64,000 nt of DNA, from NCBI GenBank assembly GCA_020348445.1, contig CP070751.1, positions 597,003-661,002 on the forward strand, read 5' to 3'. This stretch comes from Thermoplasmata archaeon (GTDB taxonomy: Archaea > Thermoplasmatota > Thermoplasmata > GCA-020350865). Within the stretch, counting starts at the first letter, position 1, and every line of letters begins with the position of its first letter. This document shows positions 12,301 to 20,800 of this stretch, in pieces. The notes beneath the pieces were generated by a model. That model was not told the origin of the DNA. It searched no databases and was given only the letters and a program-made list of their open reading frames with translations. The translations under genes and the position numbers were made by a program.

Positions 12301-12483
12301 AATTTTTGATAATACCACGAGGACTGGCTCGTAATTTTCCAGTCCTTTTTTGACAAATTGAATGGTGAATATGCTGTTCTCTTGCGCAGTGGGGCTTTGC
12401 ATAAGAACGGAGTGACCACTGGGGATGCTGCCTCCTACGAGCAAATCAAAACCCAAAACACCGCTTTTTACTCCATTTGCCAA
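6322..12483 (-). CDS. 2053-aa multidomain membrane protein: degenerate KaiC/RAD55-like domain, TPR, three double Zn ribbons, (L/I)TNG repeats, TM, extracellular domains, FG-GAP propeller, PEF-CTERM
   Basis: N-terminal GFDLLVGGSIPSGHSVLM KaiC-like fold with lost P-loop (SPTAQENS); TPR-like WYSLGYTLL..FEDALVAFDKVIE; CPxCG..CPxCG x3; TM RISAILIFFVLLFSSPFLFTIV; GDFDDDGVEDDIITG-type repeats; terminal IPEF + hydrophobic + RKKR. Confidence 0.8.
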   Translation of the reverse strand: MANGVKSGVLGFDLLVGGSIPSGHSVLMQSPTAQENSIFTIQFVKKGLENYEPVLVVLSKISPSKFRESLMAMGVNVSKYEESGFLKIVDWYSFKSKEIVGDVEEKDGVIYASKDLTNIGIAITRGIKALNMAPVRRAVLDILPQVLNFFEYKRAYNFVQSMVARLRESNITSIFTIETEAQDIQQLSALQGIFDGVVDMKVHREGDKLTRKIGILTMSGVQFDSKYQHFRIDKNNIIIGEEDHRAPPPEKERAPKPAPPPPPEPIKKTPPTLQDDIQEKARRVQLHPKDPDKWYSLGYTLLLHSKFEDALVAFDKVIEFKPDYKNVWNAKAEVLTALGRDAEAEECLKKSDEVSAEKPPEKEEVPPLKELETELLELLEEADGKISSAEVPEEVEEYECPICGGKVSEDDVKCPSCGVRFGEMEEVPDELIAREEEAAVTVISEPEELPFKELERELEELVFEEGEQKVEEEEIRFECPECGFYVGAEATSCPNCNVQFTEIPEEGELEIEVEEIAEEFECPDCGSSVHIDDLTCPECGLEFELEEEEEYEPIFEEMEEMGVEGGLETITEKDIIKPGVPYGLTNGLTNGLTNGLRRGKKGITNGLTNGLTNGLTNGITNGLTNGLRTLRRGITNGITNGNGFTNGIVPYDKVVDKRRGMVRISAILIFFVLLFSSPFLFTIVEIPDNIVIDGHFEDWEDVASISDSVFGPEFNKNVDIKDYRVDSRQMELSFYLRVEGDMLAGEPIEPDYLKHVDTALIFIDTDQDPVSGYYIKGIGADYMVEIYGANNEVLSGNLQSYNEDIQDWNLWMLEGLIKAAVSDSELEAKVPYNTMFLQENDAVDVLFYMKDWNGSEDFSDTVISNEKGVLAVTQQGEGEDEISGYGNRLLKLEIDVFHTDISVSVLRVNRTGVGSDDDIDEIRLEDENRQLIGTGTLSNGVATFWPSYSFSEGQRTTTMYIVVDVSESALEGSSIGFKIMNKHDIVTDYGTVSLKQIAPEEGKYENSYLLKTPSDVIIDGAFADWDTKHVRNDTALDVRRADLDILKYGVSTTDSQAAFYLKVDGTICLGTAVPYQNPATAETSKTSEPTDSDWDGIPDINDNHDVDIKFLFNLDRYYGQYLTEGTVDNLLREAFENNSQPLSLNAQMIKVLDRYWKIEDGEAIYVIMFIGQKLEIYDSDGVLEDTKFDFDNDGVPDTEDSDDDDDGIEDYDVGGADAVLKQRITGATKYIGPPLPRSPITGEDLAYVFIDTNPDTGYAKGIPIDADYMIEVKGRHGRVQSIYLYKWTGISPSDWNWTERGSPKVGLDMLRMEVGITWDDMELNPANDSFEAYFLTTDWRKKDKDYSNTEGAVEGPTRAYIGDGSTRGYDTKYHGRYDVYFDENEGEVLFETKEGYFLSWNVPSELKITSEEDVVHVFNNPENSGFEISESYADYYYSFDDLSVTTQYRFGEDMLKEDIILTENLNTFIMDPEDSGYLLITIPVSFSSELKMYVDGEESRENYITTSDIEFRDLSDFTTIYTLMGPVAFDANNDEITCEYVVDFTNEENNAVIGLRCPISWLASAEYPVRIDPTVLKNDQYEDGGDVGERVGFSIAVGDFDDDGVEDDIITGTPYWDNVADASPSNWGTAYIFYGPVIADDYTPDAIITLTDESERGSNDYMGRCVASADFDDDGVRDDFVITTSGNEAYVVYGDSGISGTITSADVIIHPPGAAFAFGRLGLAVGNFDGNAGDDVAIGAYASFDVYLYFKSSDWDDGVVNTPSVTLSHTSSNFGASIAVGNLKDNGATDYDDIAVGAYTHLVGSTSAGAVFVFYGDGTYGDGAQSAGADVVIESGANYPTDTGEMERFGWSIAIADLNKAATTNDYDDILVGAPRYGSSDEGRGYVYLTQDDSDGGFGSATAEDDDAILEEAGAQYFGFAVCAGDFWNDGTYDALIGAYRTSSSYGHAYAYNFAGTLDTTSDWDLAGSSDEALGYAVAAGDVNGSGYDNFIVGCPTYYDNDDSPPNDNAGRILVDEYIPEFQEIVVPICIIVTLFVLWRKKRSTAKKNKNGP
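10543..10737 (-). repeat. Coding tetrapeptide repeat, 12 x (L/I/F)TNG, inside the giant protein
   Basis: GLTNGLTNGLTNGLRRGKKGITNGLTNGLTNGLTNGITNGLTNGLRTLRRGITNGITNGNGFTNG; 12-nt period with mixed synonymous codons. Confidence 0.95.
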
Positions 12484-12484
12484 A

Positions 12485-13234
12485 TCAGAACACCTCAGCC
12501 TCAGGTTCGATAACTATACCTGTTTCGGTGACCAAAAGTGGATGCACCTTGGTATTATGCCTGGTGAATCTCATCTTGCGAATGGTAATGGACCGTCTCA
12601 ACTCACCACTTATCCTTTCAAGACCCAGATTGATAAAAGAATCGGCAATGAACTGCTCCACACCGTATCTGGTTATATCACCGGATTCGTTCAGGGATTC
12701 AGTTACCAAAAGGCACGTGATTTCCTTGTTCTGAAGAAATGAAGTGAAGGCAAAAAGTTCCTGCCTCAGAATTTCATTTTCCTTGTAATAGAGACCTGCT
12801 GCCGTAATAGAATCAAGGACCAGTCTTTTGGCTTTCGTTGATTTTAAGAAATTCTCTAGGAAATTTTGTAATTTTCCAAATCCCACGATACCTTTTTTGA
12901 CATCGCTTTCCGTACGAAGTTTGGTACGGATCTTTCCCACATCCACAAGTATCAATTTTCCTTTCTTTTCAAATTTATCAACATCCATGTTAAAACATCT
13001 CATGGCCCTCTTGAGGTTCTCTTTGCTTTCCTCCAATGTCAGGTACAAACCAGTATCATCATAATCCTTGGCACCATTGTAGATGAACTGCATACCAAAG
13101 AGACTTTTTGCGCTCCCGCTTGGGCCAGACAACAGATTCACGGTGTTTTTAGGAAAACCGCCTTCAATCAAATCATCCATTCCAGGTATTCCCGTATTAA
13201 CTCTTTTTGAGCCATATTCTCTATCTTTTTCCAT
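12485..13234 (-). CDS. KaiC-like/RAD55 family ATPase (single domain)
   Basis: TGIPGMDDLIEGGFP; Walker A GPSGSAKS; Walker B LVLDS; IRKMRFTRH; ends 1 bp before the giant gene. Confidence 0.9.
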   Translation of the reverse strand: MEKDREYGSKRVNTGIPGMDDLIEGGFPKNTVNLLSGPSGSAKSLFGMQFIYNGAKDYDDTGLYLTLEESKENLKRAMRCFNMDVDKFEKKGKLILVDVGKIRTKLRTESDVKKGIVGFGKLQNFLENFLKSTKAKRLVLDSITAAGLYYKENEILRQELFAFTSFLQNKEITCLLVTESLNESGDITRYGVEQFIADSFINLGLERISGELRRSITIRKMRFTRHNTKVHPLLVTETGIVIEPEAEVF

Positions 13235-13251
13235 AATGATCCCTCCATTTT

Positions 13252-13794
13252 CTAAAGCAGTTCCTTTAACTCCAATTTCCCTTCACCTTTGATCTCGCTG
13301 TCAAGTGCTATGCTCACTATGTCGTCAGCTATTTCCTTTCCAAGGATCTCTATCAAGGCCCTCACGAGATTTTGTATGGACTCGATAGGTGCCTTCTCAT
13401 CAAAATCATCAGGCCCCACTCCTGTCAAAGAGCCGATGACATCCCCTGTGCTTTCACTCGCCATACTGTAGATTGCTTTGTATATCGTTGATGCCGTTTT
13501 TGAATCGATTTTTACAGCCGCAATCAAATCGTCCTTTTTCTCTGACTCTGTGGTAGCCTTTGGTAACTTCCTTTCCACTCTTTCACGGAATAAGAACTGA
13601 CCCCTTCCGATTTTGGATATGGCCCCTTCCAGGGCCAGTCTGTTTAAAACAGTGACAGTTGTTTGTAAATTGAAACCCAAGTCTTTGGCAACCTCTTTGG
13701 GGGTGAGAACCTCATCTGCGTGTTTCACCAGATATTCCAGAATCAACTCCGTTTTAGTAGGGGCTCTACCCCTGATTGCATTAAAGTCTCCCAT
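13252..13794 (-). CDS. Winged-helix DNA-binding protein, first gene of the KaiC operon
   Basis: LTPKEVAKDLGFNLQTTVTVLNRLALEGAISKIGRGQF wHTH; 17-bp gap to the KaiC gene. Confidence 0.75.
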   Translation of the reverse strand: MGDFNAIRGRAPTKTELILEYLVKHADEVLTPKEVAKDLGFNLQTTVTVLNRLALEGAISKIGRGQFLFRERVERKLPKATTESEKKDDLIAAVKIDSKTASTIYKAIYSMASESTGDVIGSLTGVGPDDFDEKAPIESIQNLVRALIEILGKEIADDIVSIALDSEIKGEGKLELKELL

Positions 13795-14019
13795 AATCTC
13801 TCTCCTATGTCAATTATTTCAGATTGTTATATGTTATATACATGACCATGCATATAAAGTTTTCGTATATATACTTTATCAAGATTATAGTGTACCATCC
13901 CATTATTGCAACCTATATTGCATTATGTTATAAAATAAATTTCTAACATATGATTTGTATTTTCAAAACAATTGAAAGCGGTGATATGACCGCTGTATAT
14001 GGGGATCTTTGGCTTGTCT

Positions 14020-14751
14020 TTAACATATCAGCTCACCAGAGAGAAATGATCTTGTAAGTTGATTTTGAGGACTTTCAAAAAAATCCTCCTTTTTGGCCTT
14101 CTCCACGATTTCCCCATCCAAGATAAAGACCACTTCATGAGCCAGTCTTTTGGCCTGAAACAAGTTATGAGTTGCGCAAGCTATGGTTGCATTTGTCTCT
14201 TGATGATACCTTATCACTGCCTCTTCTAATAACTTCACATTTGCAGGATCCAAATTTGCTGTAAATTCATCCAAAAGCAATAATTTTGGTTCAAAGACTA
14301 TGGCCCTTGCAAAGGAAACACGCTGTGCCTCACCTGCGGACAAGGTGGGTGCGAACTGGTGTTTGAGGTTCTCCAATCCAACCAGTTTCAGTGCCCAGGC
14401 AACCTTTTCATCTATTGTTTCTGGTTGGGTGTTGCGAATTTTCAATGCATAGGCCACATTTGCCTCCACAGTTCGCTGAAACAGGCTGGGATTTTGAAAT
14501 ACCATGGCCATATCTGTTCTCAGGGAATATCTCTCTCCATTTGACAATTTTCCTGGATTCTGTCCTTGGATCTTTACAATCCCCTTTGTTGGTGAATCCA
14601 GCATATTTATTATCCTAAGCAATGTTGTTTTGCCCGAGCCTGAGGGGCCAATAAATGCAATGATCTCCCCTTCTTTACCTTTTAATGTAACATCCTTTAA
14701 GGCGCATTTATCTTGGAATTTCATTGTGACATCCTGTAATTCAAAGTCCAA
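14020..14751 (-). CDS. tupC: Tungstate ABC transporter ATP-binding subunit
   Basis: Walker A GPSGSGKT, LSAGEAQR signature, LLLDE; adjacent to tupB. Confidence 0.85.
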   Translation of the reverse strand: MDFELQDVTMKFQDKCALKDVTLKGKEGEIIAFIGPSGSGKTTLLRIINMLDSPTKGIVKIQGQNPGKLSNGERYSLRTDMAMVFQNPSLFQRTVEANVAYALKIRNTQPETIDEKVAWALKLVGLENLKHQFAPTLSAGEAQRVSFARAIVFEPKLLLLDEFTANLDPANVKLLEEAVIRYHQETNATIACATHNLFQAKRLAHEVVFILDGEIVEKAKKEDFFESPQNQLTRSFLSGELIC

Positions 14752-14754
14752 AGC

Positions 14755-15465
14755 CTAGCCCCCGTTTTTCAACCTGATTATCAATTTTCTTGGTTTTCCC
14801 ACTGCAAATCTGCTTTGAAGTATCGTTAATATTATTGATGTGACAAGGGCAAGGATGATAAGAATAAGGCCCAGTAATAAAGCAAAATAGAAGTTGCCTT
14901 TCTGTGTTTCCAACACAATGGCCGTGGTCAGAACCTGGGTGTGCCATTTTATGTTTCCTCCCACAATGATAACTGCACCAACCTCTGAAATCGCCCTCCC
15001 GAATCCTATCATCACGGCGGTGTATATTCCGATTCTCGATTCCACCAAAAGGGTTTTTAAGAGGCTCATACGCCTTGCTCCAAGGGTTCTTGCTGTATCG
15101 ATTGTAACCTGGGGAATTGCACTTATTGCCGATGCTGAGAGGCCAATTATAAGTGGGGTGATCAATAGAACCTGCGCGAAAATCATGGCAGTTGGTGTGA
15201 AAAGGATCCCAAGATCGCCTAGAGGCCCCGCTCTTGATAGCAACATGAACATAACAAGACCTGCAATGACTGGAGGAAGGCCGTATAGAGTATGGGTAAA
15301 TACCTTGATTAGCAAAGAGAATTTAGTTTTTCTCAAACCCAGATACGTTCCTATTGGAATTCCTATGAAACTTGAAATCGTGGTGCTGCATGCTGCCATA
15401 TACAATGTCAGCAATGTGATTCTAACCAGTCTTTCAGATTCCAAAGGATCGAGATCGAATACCAA
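14755..15465 (-). CDS. tupB: Tungstate ABC transporter permease
   Basis: GLPPVIAGL, FGRAISEVGAVIIVGGNIKWHTQVLTTAIVLET motifs typical of TupB; TTG start. Confidence 0.9.
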   Translation of the reverse strand: MVFDLDPLESERLVRITLLTLYMAACSTTISSFIGIPIGTYLGLRKTKFSLLIKVFTHTLYGLPPVIAGLVMFMLLSRAGPLGDLGILFTPTAMIFAQVLLITPLIIGLSASAISAIPQVTIDTARTLGARRMSLLKTLLVESRIGIYTAVMIGFGRAISEVGAVIIVGGNIKWHTQVLTTAIVLETQKGNFYFALLLGLILIILALVTSIILTILQSRFAVGKPRKLIIRLKNGG

Positions 15466-15496
15466 ATTAATAACCCCGCCTTACATTAATTATCAA

Positions 15497-16495
15497 TTAT
15501 GGCTCAGCATTGGGAATGAACAGCTGATGCCCGTTTTTTTCGAAGTTACCAATCTTTTCCTGTATTTCTTGAGAGGTTATCCAGTCCACGAACTTTAAGG
15601 ACAGATCGTAATTCACGTGAGAGTGCTTATCGGGATTTATTGGAATAACGCTGTACTGGTTCAGAAGATCTGGATCCTCCCCAAGAACTATCTCCAAATC
15701 CAGGTTCCCCTCGAAAGCCCAGAAAGTCCCTTCATCGCTTAAGGTATAGGCCTTCAGTTCGTTAGCCTGAATCAGGGTGGTACCCATGCCTGCGGAGACC
15801 GATTTATACCATTCATTGTTGGGGATGTCTATCTCTGATTCATAATCATAACCCGCCTCAGTCCAAAGCTCTTTTTCCTTGGTATGGGTCCCAGAATCAT
15901 CGCCCCTTGAGGCATAACTCGATTGACTTTCGAAAATCATCCTCATTGCTTCCGAGGAATTCTGTGCATTTTTTATATTTGCAGGATCATTTGAGGGCCC
16001 AATTATTACAAAGTAATTGTAGCAGACCAGGTATCTTGCTGTTCCGTAACCTTGATTTACAAATTCCTGTTCTCTTTGTGGTGCGTGAACCATCAAGATG
16101 TAAACATCACCTCTTCTTCCCATCTCCAGGGCCTGACCAGTTCCAACGGGCGTGACCTTTACTGCGCAATCATATTTCTCTTCAAAATCTGGAATTATCT
16201 CGTCGAGAAGACCTGAATTTGCAGTGGATGTGGTTGTTGCGAGAAGAAGGGTTTTTTCTTGGGAGGGATTGCCTGTCTGGTAGAGTGCGTAAGTTATTAG
16301 GGAAATTATCACGATCAGAATTACTATATTGATTATGGTTGGCGTGTAGTATTTTTTCTCAGATTTTTTTGATTTTGTCTTTTTTTTGGGAGCTGTCTTC
16401 TTCTGATCGGGTTTTGGTTCTTTTTCTGGTTCACCTGCGGTATCTTCCTCTGGTTCAGATTGCTCTACTTTTGCAGTTTTATTTTCAGGCATCAT
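15497..16495 (-). CDS. tupA: Tungstate ABC transporter substrate-binding protein with N-terminal TM anchor
   Basis: LATTTSTANSGLLD (TTTS motif), VGTGQAL..GRRGD, SRGDDSGTH; start refined to MMPEN (16495/16492). Confidence 0.9.
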   Translation of the reverse strand: MMPENKTAKVEQSEPEEDTAGEPEKEPKPDQKKTAPKKKTKSKKSEKKYYTPTIINIVILIVIISLITYALYQTGNPSQEKTLLLATTTSTANSGLLDEIIPDFEEKYDCAVKVTPVGTGQALEMGRRGDVYILMVHAPQREQEFVNQGYGTARYLVCYNYFVIIGPSNDPANIKNAQNSSEAMRMIFESQSSYASRGDDSGTHTKEKELWTEAGYDYESEIDIPNNEWYKSVSAGMGTTLIQANELKAYTLSDEGTFWAFEGNLDLEIVLGEDPDLLNQYSVIPINPDKHSHVNYDLSLKFVDWITSQEIQEKIGNFEKNGHQLFIPNAEP

Positions 16496-16576
16496 CTCTG
16501 GTAATGTCAATAGAAATATAAAATCGTTATGCTTTATTAGACATATCCGATACATACTGTGAATTGATTATAATCT

Positions 16577-17740
16577 TCAAAGATATGTTCTACAATTATC
16601 GCAATACCATTTCTTGCAATCATTAATAAATCTTAATTGCCTCCTACATCTGGGGCAAGAATAGGTTTGCTGCGGAGGATAATAGTATTGCTGTTTTTGT
16701 TGTTGATACTGCTGTTGGGGTGGTTGCCGATACTGTTGCTGAGCCTGTTGTTGAGGAATTTGCTTATATGGTTGTTGGTATTGTTGTTTTGGTGGTTGCT
16801 GGTACTGTTGTTGCGGCCGTTGATACTGTTGTTGATATGGTTGTTGGGTCTGCGGTTGGGTTGGCTGTTGAACCTGTTGTTGAGGTGGTTGATACTGCTT
16901 TTGAGGAGTAAGTTGATCCTGTTGTGGTGGTTGTTGGGCCTGTGGTTGGATTGGTTGTTGAACCTGTTGCTGAGGTGGTTGAAATTCCTTTTGAGGAGAT
17001 AGTTGATCCTTCGGTTGTGGTTGTTGGACCTGTGGTTGGATTGGCTGTTGAACCTGTTGCTGGGGTGGTTGATATTCCTTTTGAGGAGTTAGCTGATCCT
17101 GTTGTGGAGATTCATCCTGATATTCTTGCTGAGGCGATTTCTCAACATATTGTGGTTTATCTTCCTCGGCTATTGACACAACAGGCTCCACTGGAGGAGA
17201 TTCAGAAATAAGCGGCTCTTGGGCTGTGACAGGTTCAGGTGGGAACGATGGTTGTGTTTGCGATGATGTGAAATCTTGTTCTACTAGCGGTTCGGAAGCA
17301 GACTCATAAGGAGATGATACAGGTTCAGTGATTGTCGACTCCGCCATTTTCTCCTCTTCAATTTCCTTTTTAATATCCTTCCACCACAGAAGGCCTGCAA
17401 GAGTCCAGCATATTAAAAGTGATGCAACAGCCAGTCCAAGTCCAATTAATAAGCCATAAAATCCCGAATAATAACCTACAATCCAGAAGAAACCACATAG
17501 GCACAATCCCAATATTACGAGAAAACCAGCCAGAATTTCCCTTGGTCCCCACTTTGCATCCAGAGGATTTATCTCATTCTCCTCCTCTATCCCAAGACTG
17601 GAGGATACATCTGGAGTAATATCTGTAGAAGGCTCATCAATTATTGGCTCTTGTTGTATTTGTGCTCCAACCGGGTTACCGCACTTTCTACAAAACTTTG
17701 TTTCAGATGAAATTTGTTCTCCACAATTCTTACAGAACAT
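16577..17740 (-). CDS. Zinc-ribbon membrane protein with Gln/Pro-rich repeats and a C-terminal zinc finger
   Basis: MFCKNCG..FCRKCG; two TM helices; Q/P-rich region; CPRCRRQLRFINDCKKWYCDNCRTYL. Confidence 0.75.
   Translation of the reverse strand: MFCKNCGEQISSETKFCRKCGNPVGAQIQQEPIIDEPSTDITPDVSSSLGIEEENEINPLDAKWGPREILAGFLVILGLCLCGFFWIVGYYSGFYGLLIGLGLAVASLLICWTLAGLLWWKDIKKEIEEEKMAESTITEPVSSPYESASEPLVEQDFTSSQTQPSFPPEPVTAQEPLISESPPVEPVVSIAEEDKPQYVEKSPQQEYQDESPQQDQLTPQKEYQPPQQQVQQPIQPQVQQPQPKDQLSPQKEFQPPQQQVQQPIQPQAQQPPQQDQLTPQKQYQPPQQQVQQPTQPQTQQPYQQQYQRPQQQYQQPPKQQYQQPYKQIPQQQAQQQYRQPPQQQYQQQKQQYYYPPQQTYSCPRCRRQLRFINDCKKWYCDNCRTYL
16831..17100 (-). repeat. Three 90-bp (30-aa) coding tandem repeats
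   Basis: ag(t/c)tgatcct at 16911, 17001 and 17091; peptide xDQL(T/S)PQKxxQPPQQQVQQPxQPQxQQP. Confidence 0.9.
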
Positions 17741-17872
17741 ATCTTACCACCCTCTCCTTATCGTCGAAATAACGACTTATCGATATTTAACCTTATCTAA
17801 TCCATATATGCTGAAAGGCTTTTCGAGGACTTTTTTTTTAACTTTTTCCTTTATATCCTTTTCAACCATAAT

Positions 17873-20800
17873 TTACATATTTTCATCAACTTCTTCTGTT
17901 CCCTCAACCTCCATGGGTTCATCAATTATGGTCTCCTCTTCAGTTACAGGCTCAGCCTCCTCTGGTCTCACAGGCTCCTTCTTCCATGGTTTGAGCAGGA
18001 ACAACAACACGACAATAACCAATATGATAACGACAATAAATATCACCCATAGGTAATTCTCCTCTTCCCCATCCTCTTCATCCTCCTCAGCTATTTTTAT
18101 CATGGTCAAAGAGTCTGTTGTAAGTTTTGTATCATCTCCTGCGGTCACAGTCAAACCTGTTATAGTCTTGTCCTGATAACCTGTCTTTTCCAATGAGAGA
18201 TCGTAAGTTCCGGCCGGCATATCTGTTAAAGTGAAATCCCCGTTTTCATTGGTCGTAGCAGAAAAAGTCGTATCAACTAATTTGACTTTGACACCCGAGA
18301 TCGGCTCGCCATCCTCATCTGTAACTGTGCCCGAGATCGAGCCAGTTGTCACTGCTGCACTGACATTCACCCACATTGTGTCAACGTTCCAGTTTCCTGC
18401 CGCATCTGTTATGTTGAGTGTTACCAGGAATTCGCCTGATGAGTCGAATCTGTGTGTTGGATTGACTTCGTAGAGCATTATTACTGTTCCATCTATAAAC
18501 GTCCAATTATATTTTAAATGCTGGAAATTATCTGTGGTGCCGGTGCTATTGAAGGTCACAGTTGTGCCTTGTGCCACTTCCTGATCAGCTCCTGCATTTG
18601 CAGTTGGTTGGACAGAATCATATCCACAGAAGGCATCTTTCCCTATGTCGGTCTCAACATTGGTTGCCTCATCTGTTGCTTGCGATTTGAATTCATAGTA
18701 ACCGTCACCATCTGGAAAATCGAAGCTCCACTGCCATGGATCTGTAGTATCTATTCCAACTGTATCCCATAAACTCCAAATATAGCCATCGGAACTAAAT
18801 CGATACAACAACTTAACACTTGATACGGTACTTCCAATATCGGAGGCAGTGGCTGTGATAGCAATTGGTCCTTCATTACTCCAGTCTGGTGAAATAGTAT
18901 CGACACTTGAAGTGGGTAATGTTGAATCTATGATTATTGTTGCATATGTCCCTGGGTCAATATTGTAATTATTATTCTCATCCCAGGCATAGACATAGAG
19001 ATCGTAACTATCGTCCCCCCATCCCACAGTATTAATTGAAACTGTGACAACTTCGGATGGCGAATCGAACGAACCATCCTCGGGATTTATATTGGTCCCA
19101 GGCCAGTTCTGGGAGCCGATAGTGTAGTTGGCACCTGTAATATTCGAACCACCAGTTGCCGAGTCTTCGATTGAGGCCATCAATGTGACCATTATACCAG
19201 GTCTTATTGTGATTGAGTCTGTGCCATTAACAGACACATTAGATATTTCTGGTGGATCAGAATCGGCAGGTGCACTGATCGTGATAGTGGCGAATGCTGT
19301 GGATGTAGTATTATAGTTGTATTGTTCGTCCCAGCCGTATACATACAGGTCGTGGGACCCCACACTCCATCCTGTTGTGCTCACATCGAAGGTCACATCT
19401 TCGGTTTTTGAGTTGAAGGTTCCATCTATAGGATTCATATTTGTTCCTGGCCAGTTTTGAGAACCGATTGTGTAGTTCGCACCTGCAATAATAGAGCTTC
19501 CAGTTGTTAAATCATCGATTGTGGCAGTTAGTGTGACAATTGTGCCTGATGTCACCGAAACGGAAGGTAGACCATCAACAAGTACATTGGATATCTCTGG
19601 TGGGGTGGTGTCTATAGGGGGCGTCGTACCCCAAGGATACCTCAATGGATAATAATCAATACTGTCCCCATCGATATCAAACTGAACATCGCATATGCCA
19701 TCAGGTGAGCCAGTTGTCTGAGGTGTAGTTGATCCATTGTATAAATCTAGGCATGTGGGACTATAGTGAGACCAATAATTGCCTCCAGATGGGTAAGTAT
19801 CGTTCCAAAAGTTATCGTTCCCATTATCATAAGCTTGAATTGAATTATCAATGATGTTATTGTGATAAATACTATTGTTTGAACATGAAGAAAAATAGAT
19901 ACCATAATTACTGTTAGAATAAATATTGTTATTTGTAATGGTATTTTTATTTGATGATGATGAAAAACGAAAGCCTTCCCCATTGTCTGATATATTATTT
20001 CCCGATATATTATTGCTTGATGATGAGTCAAACCAAAAGCCCCTTATAAGGTTTGATGTTATATTGTTACCTGTAATATTAATGTTTGATGATGAGTATA
20101 GATAAAAGCCAATGTAATTGTTTGATATATTGTTGGCAGTGTTATTGATGTATGTTGAATCTTTATGACGGATACCAAACCAATTATTTGATAATATATC
20201 GTTGCCTATTATTGATATGTTTTGTGAAAATACAACATCTATACCAATATCAGTGTTAGTTACTTGCAGGTTTCTTATTTCAAAATCTGTGCAATTAGCA
20301 ATAATTAGTTGCCCAATAGGAATTCCATCGATATTAACTCCGCTGCAATTTTTATAGTAATATAGAGGTTTTCCATTCACTATGTTGTTAGTGGGGATAT
20401 TATGAGAATTGAAGTAGGAAAGTGAGCCTCCCCAAATGTAAATCCCATTATTGATGAAATTATTGTCTGTTATATTATTATTTATAGATGAATACATGCT
20501 AATGCCAAACATGTCATTCGATGAGTAATTGTTACCAGTCACATTGTTGTTTGACGACTGGTAAAGTTGAAGTCCGCGATTCATGTTTAGTGACATATTG
20601 TTCCCCGTTACATTATTGACTGATGAATCATGGAGATAGATTCCATCGTAATTGGAAGTGGCATTGTTCCCAACTATTTCACAATTGGTTGATGAATCGA
20701 GAAATATACCTTCATTATTGTTTGATGACACGTTGTTTCCTGTTATAAGGACATTTTTACAGAACGCCACAGTTATTCCCTTATCAGTATCTTTTATCTC

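Noticed and set aside
12485-13234. Circadian clock KaiC
   Set aside because: Single domain, no kaiA/kaiB, and the Ser/Thr phosphosite positions read QFIAD instead of STITD.
13977-13994. AGCGGT-N6-ACCGCT hairpin downstream of tupC as a terminator
   Set aside because: No adjacent U-tract on the coding strand, and archaeal termination does not generally need hairpins; support is too weak.
17800-17872. A fourth korB 3' remnant after the first beta-helix gene
   Set aside because: Translation (MVEKDIKEKVKKK...) shows no convincing match to IERKE..EWA.
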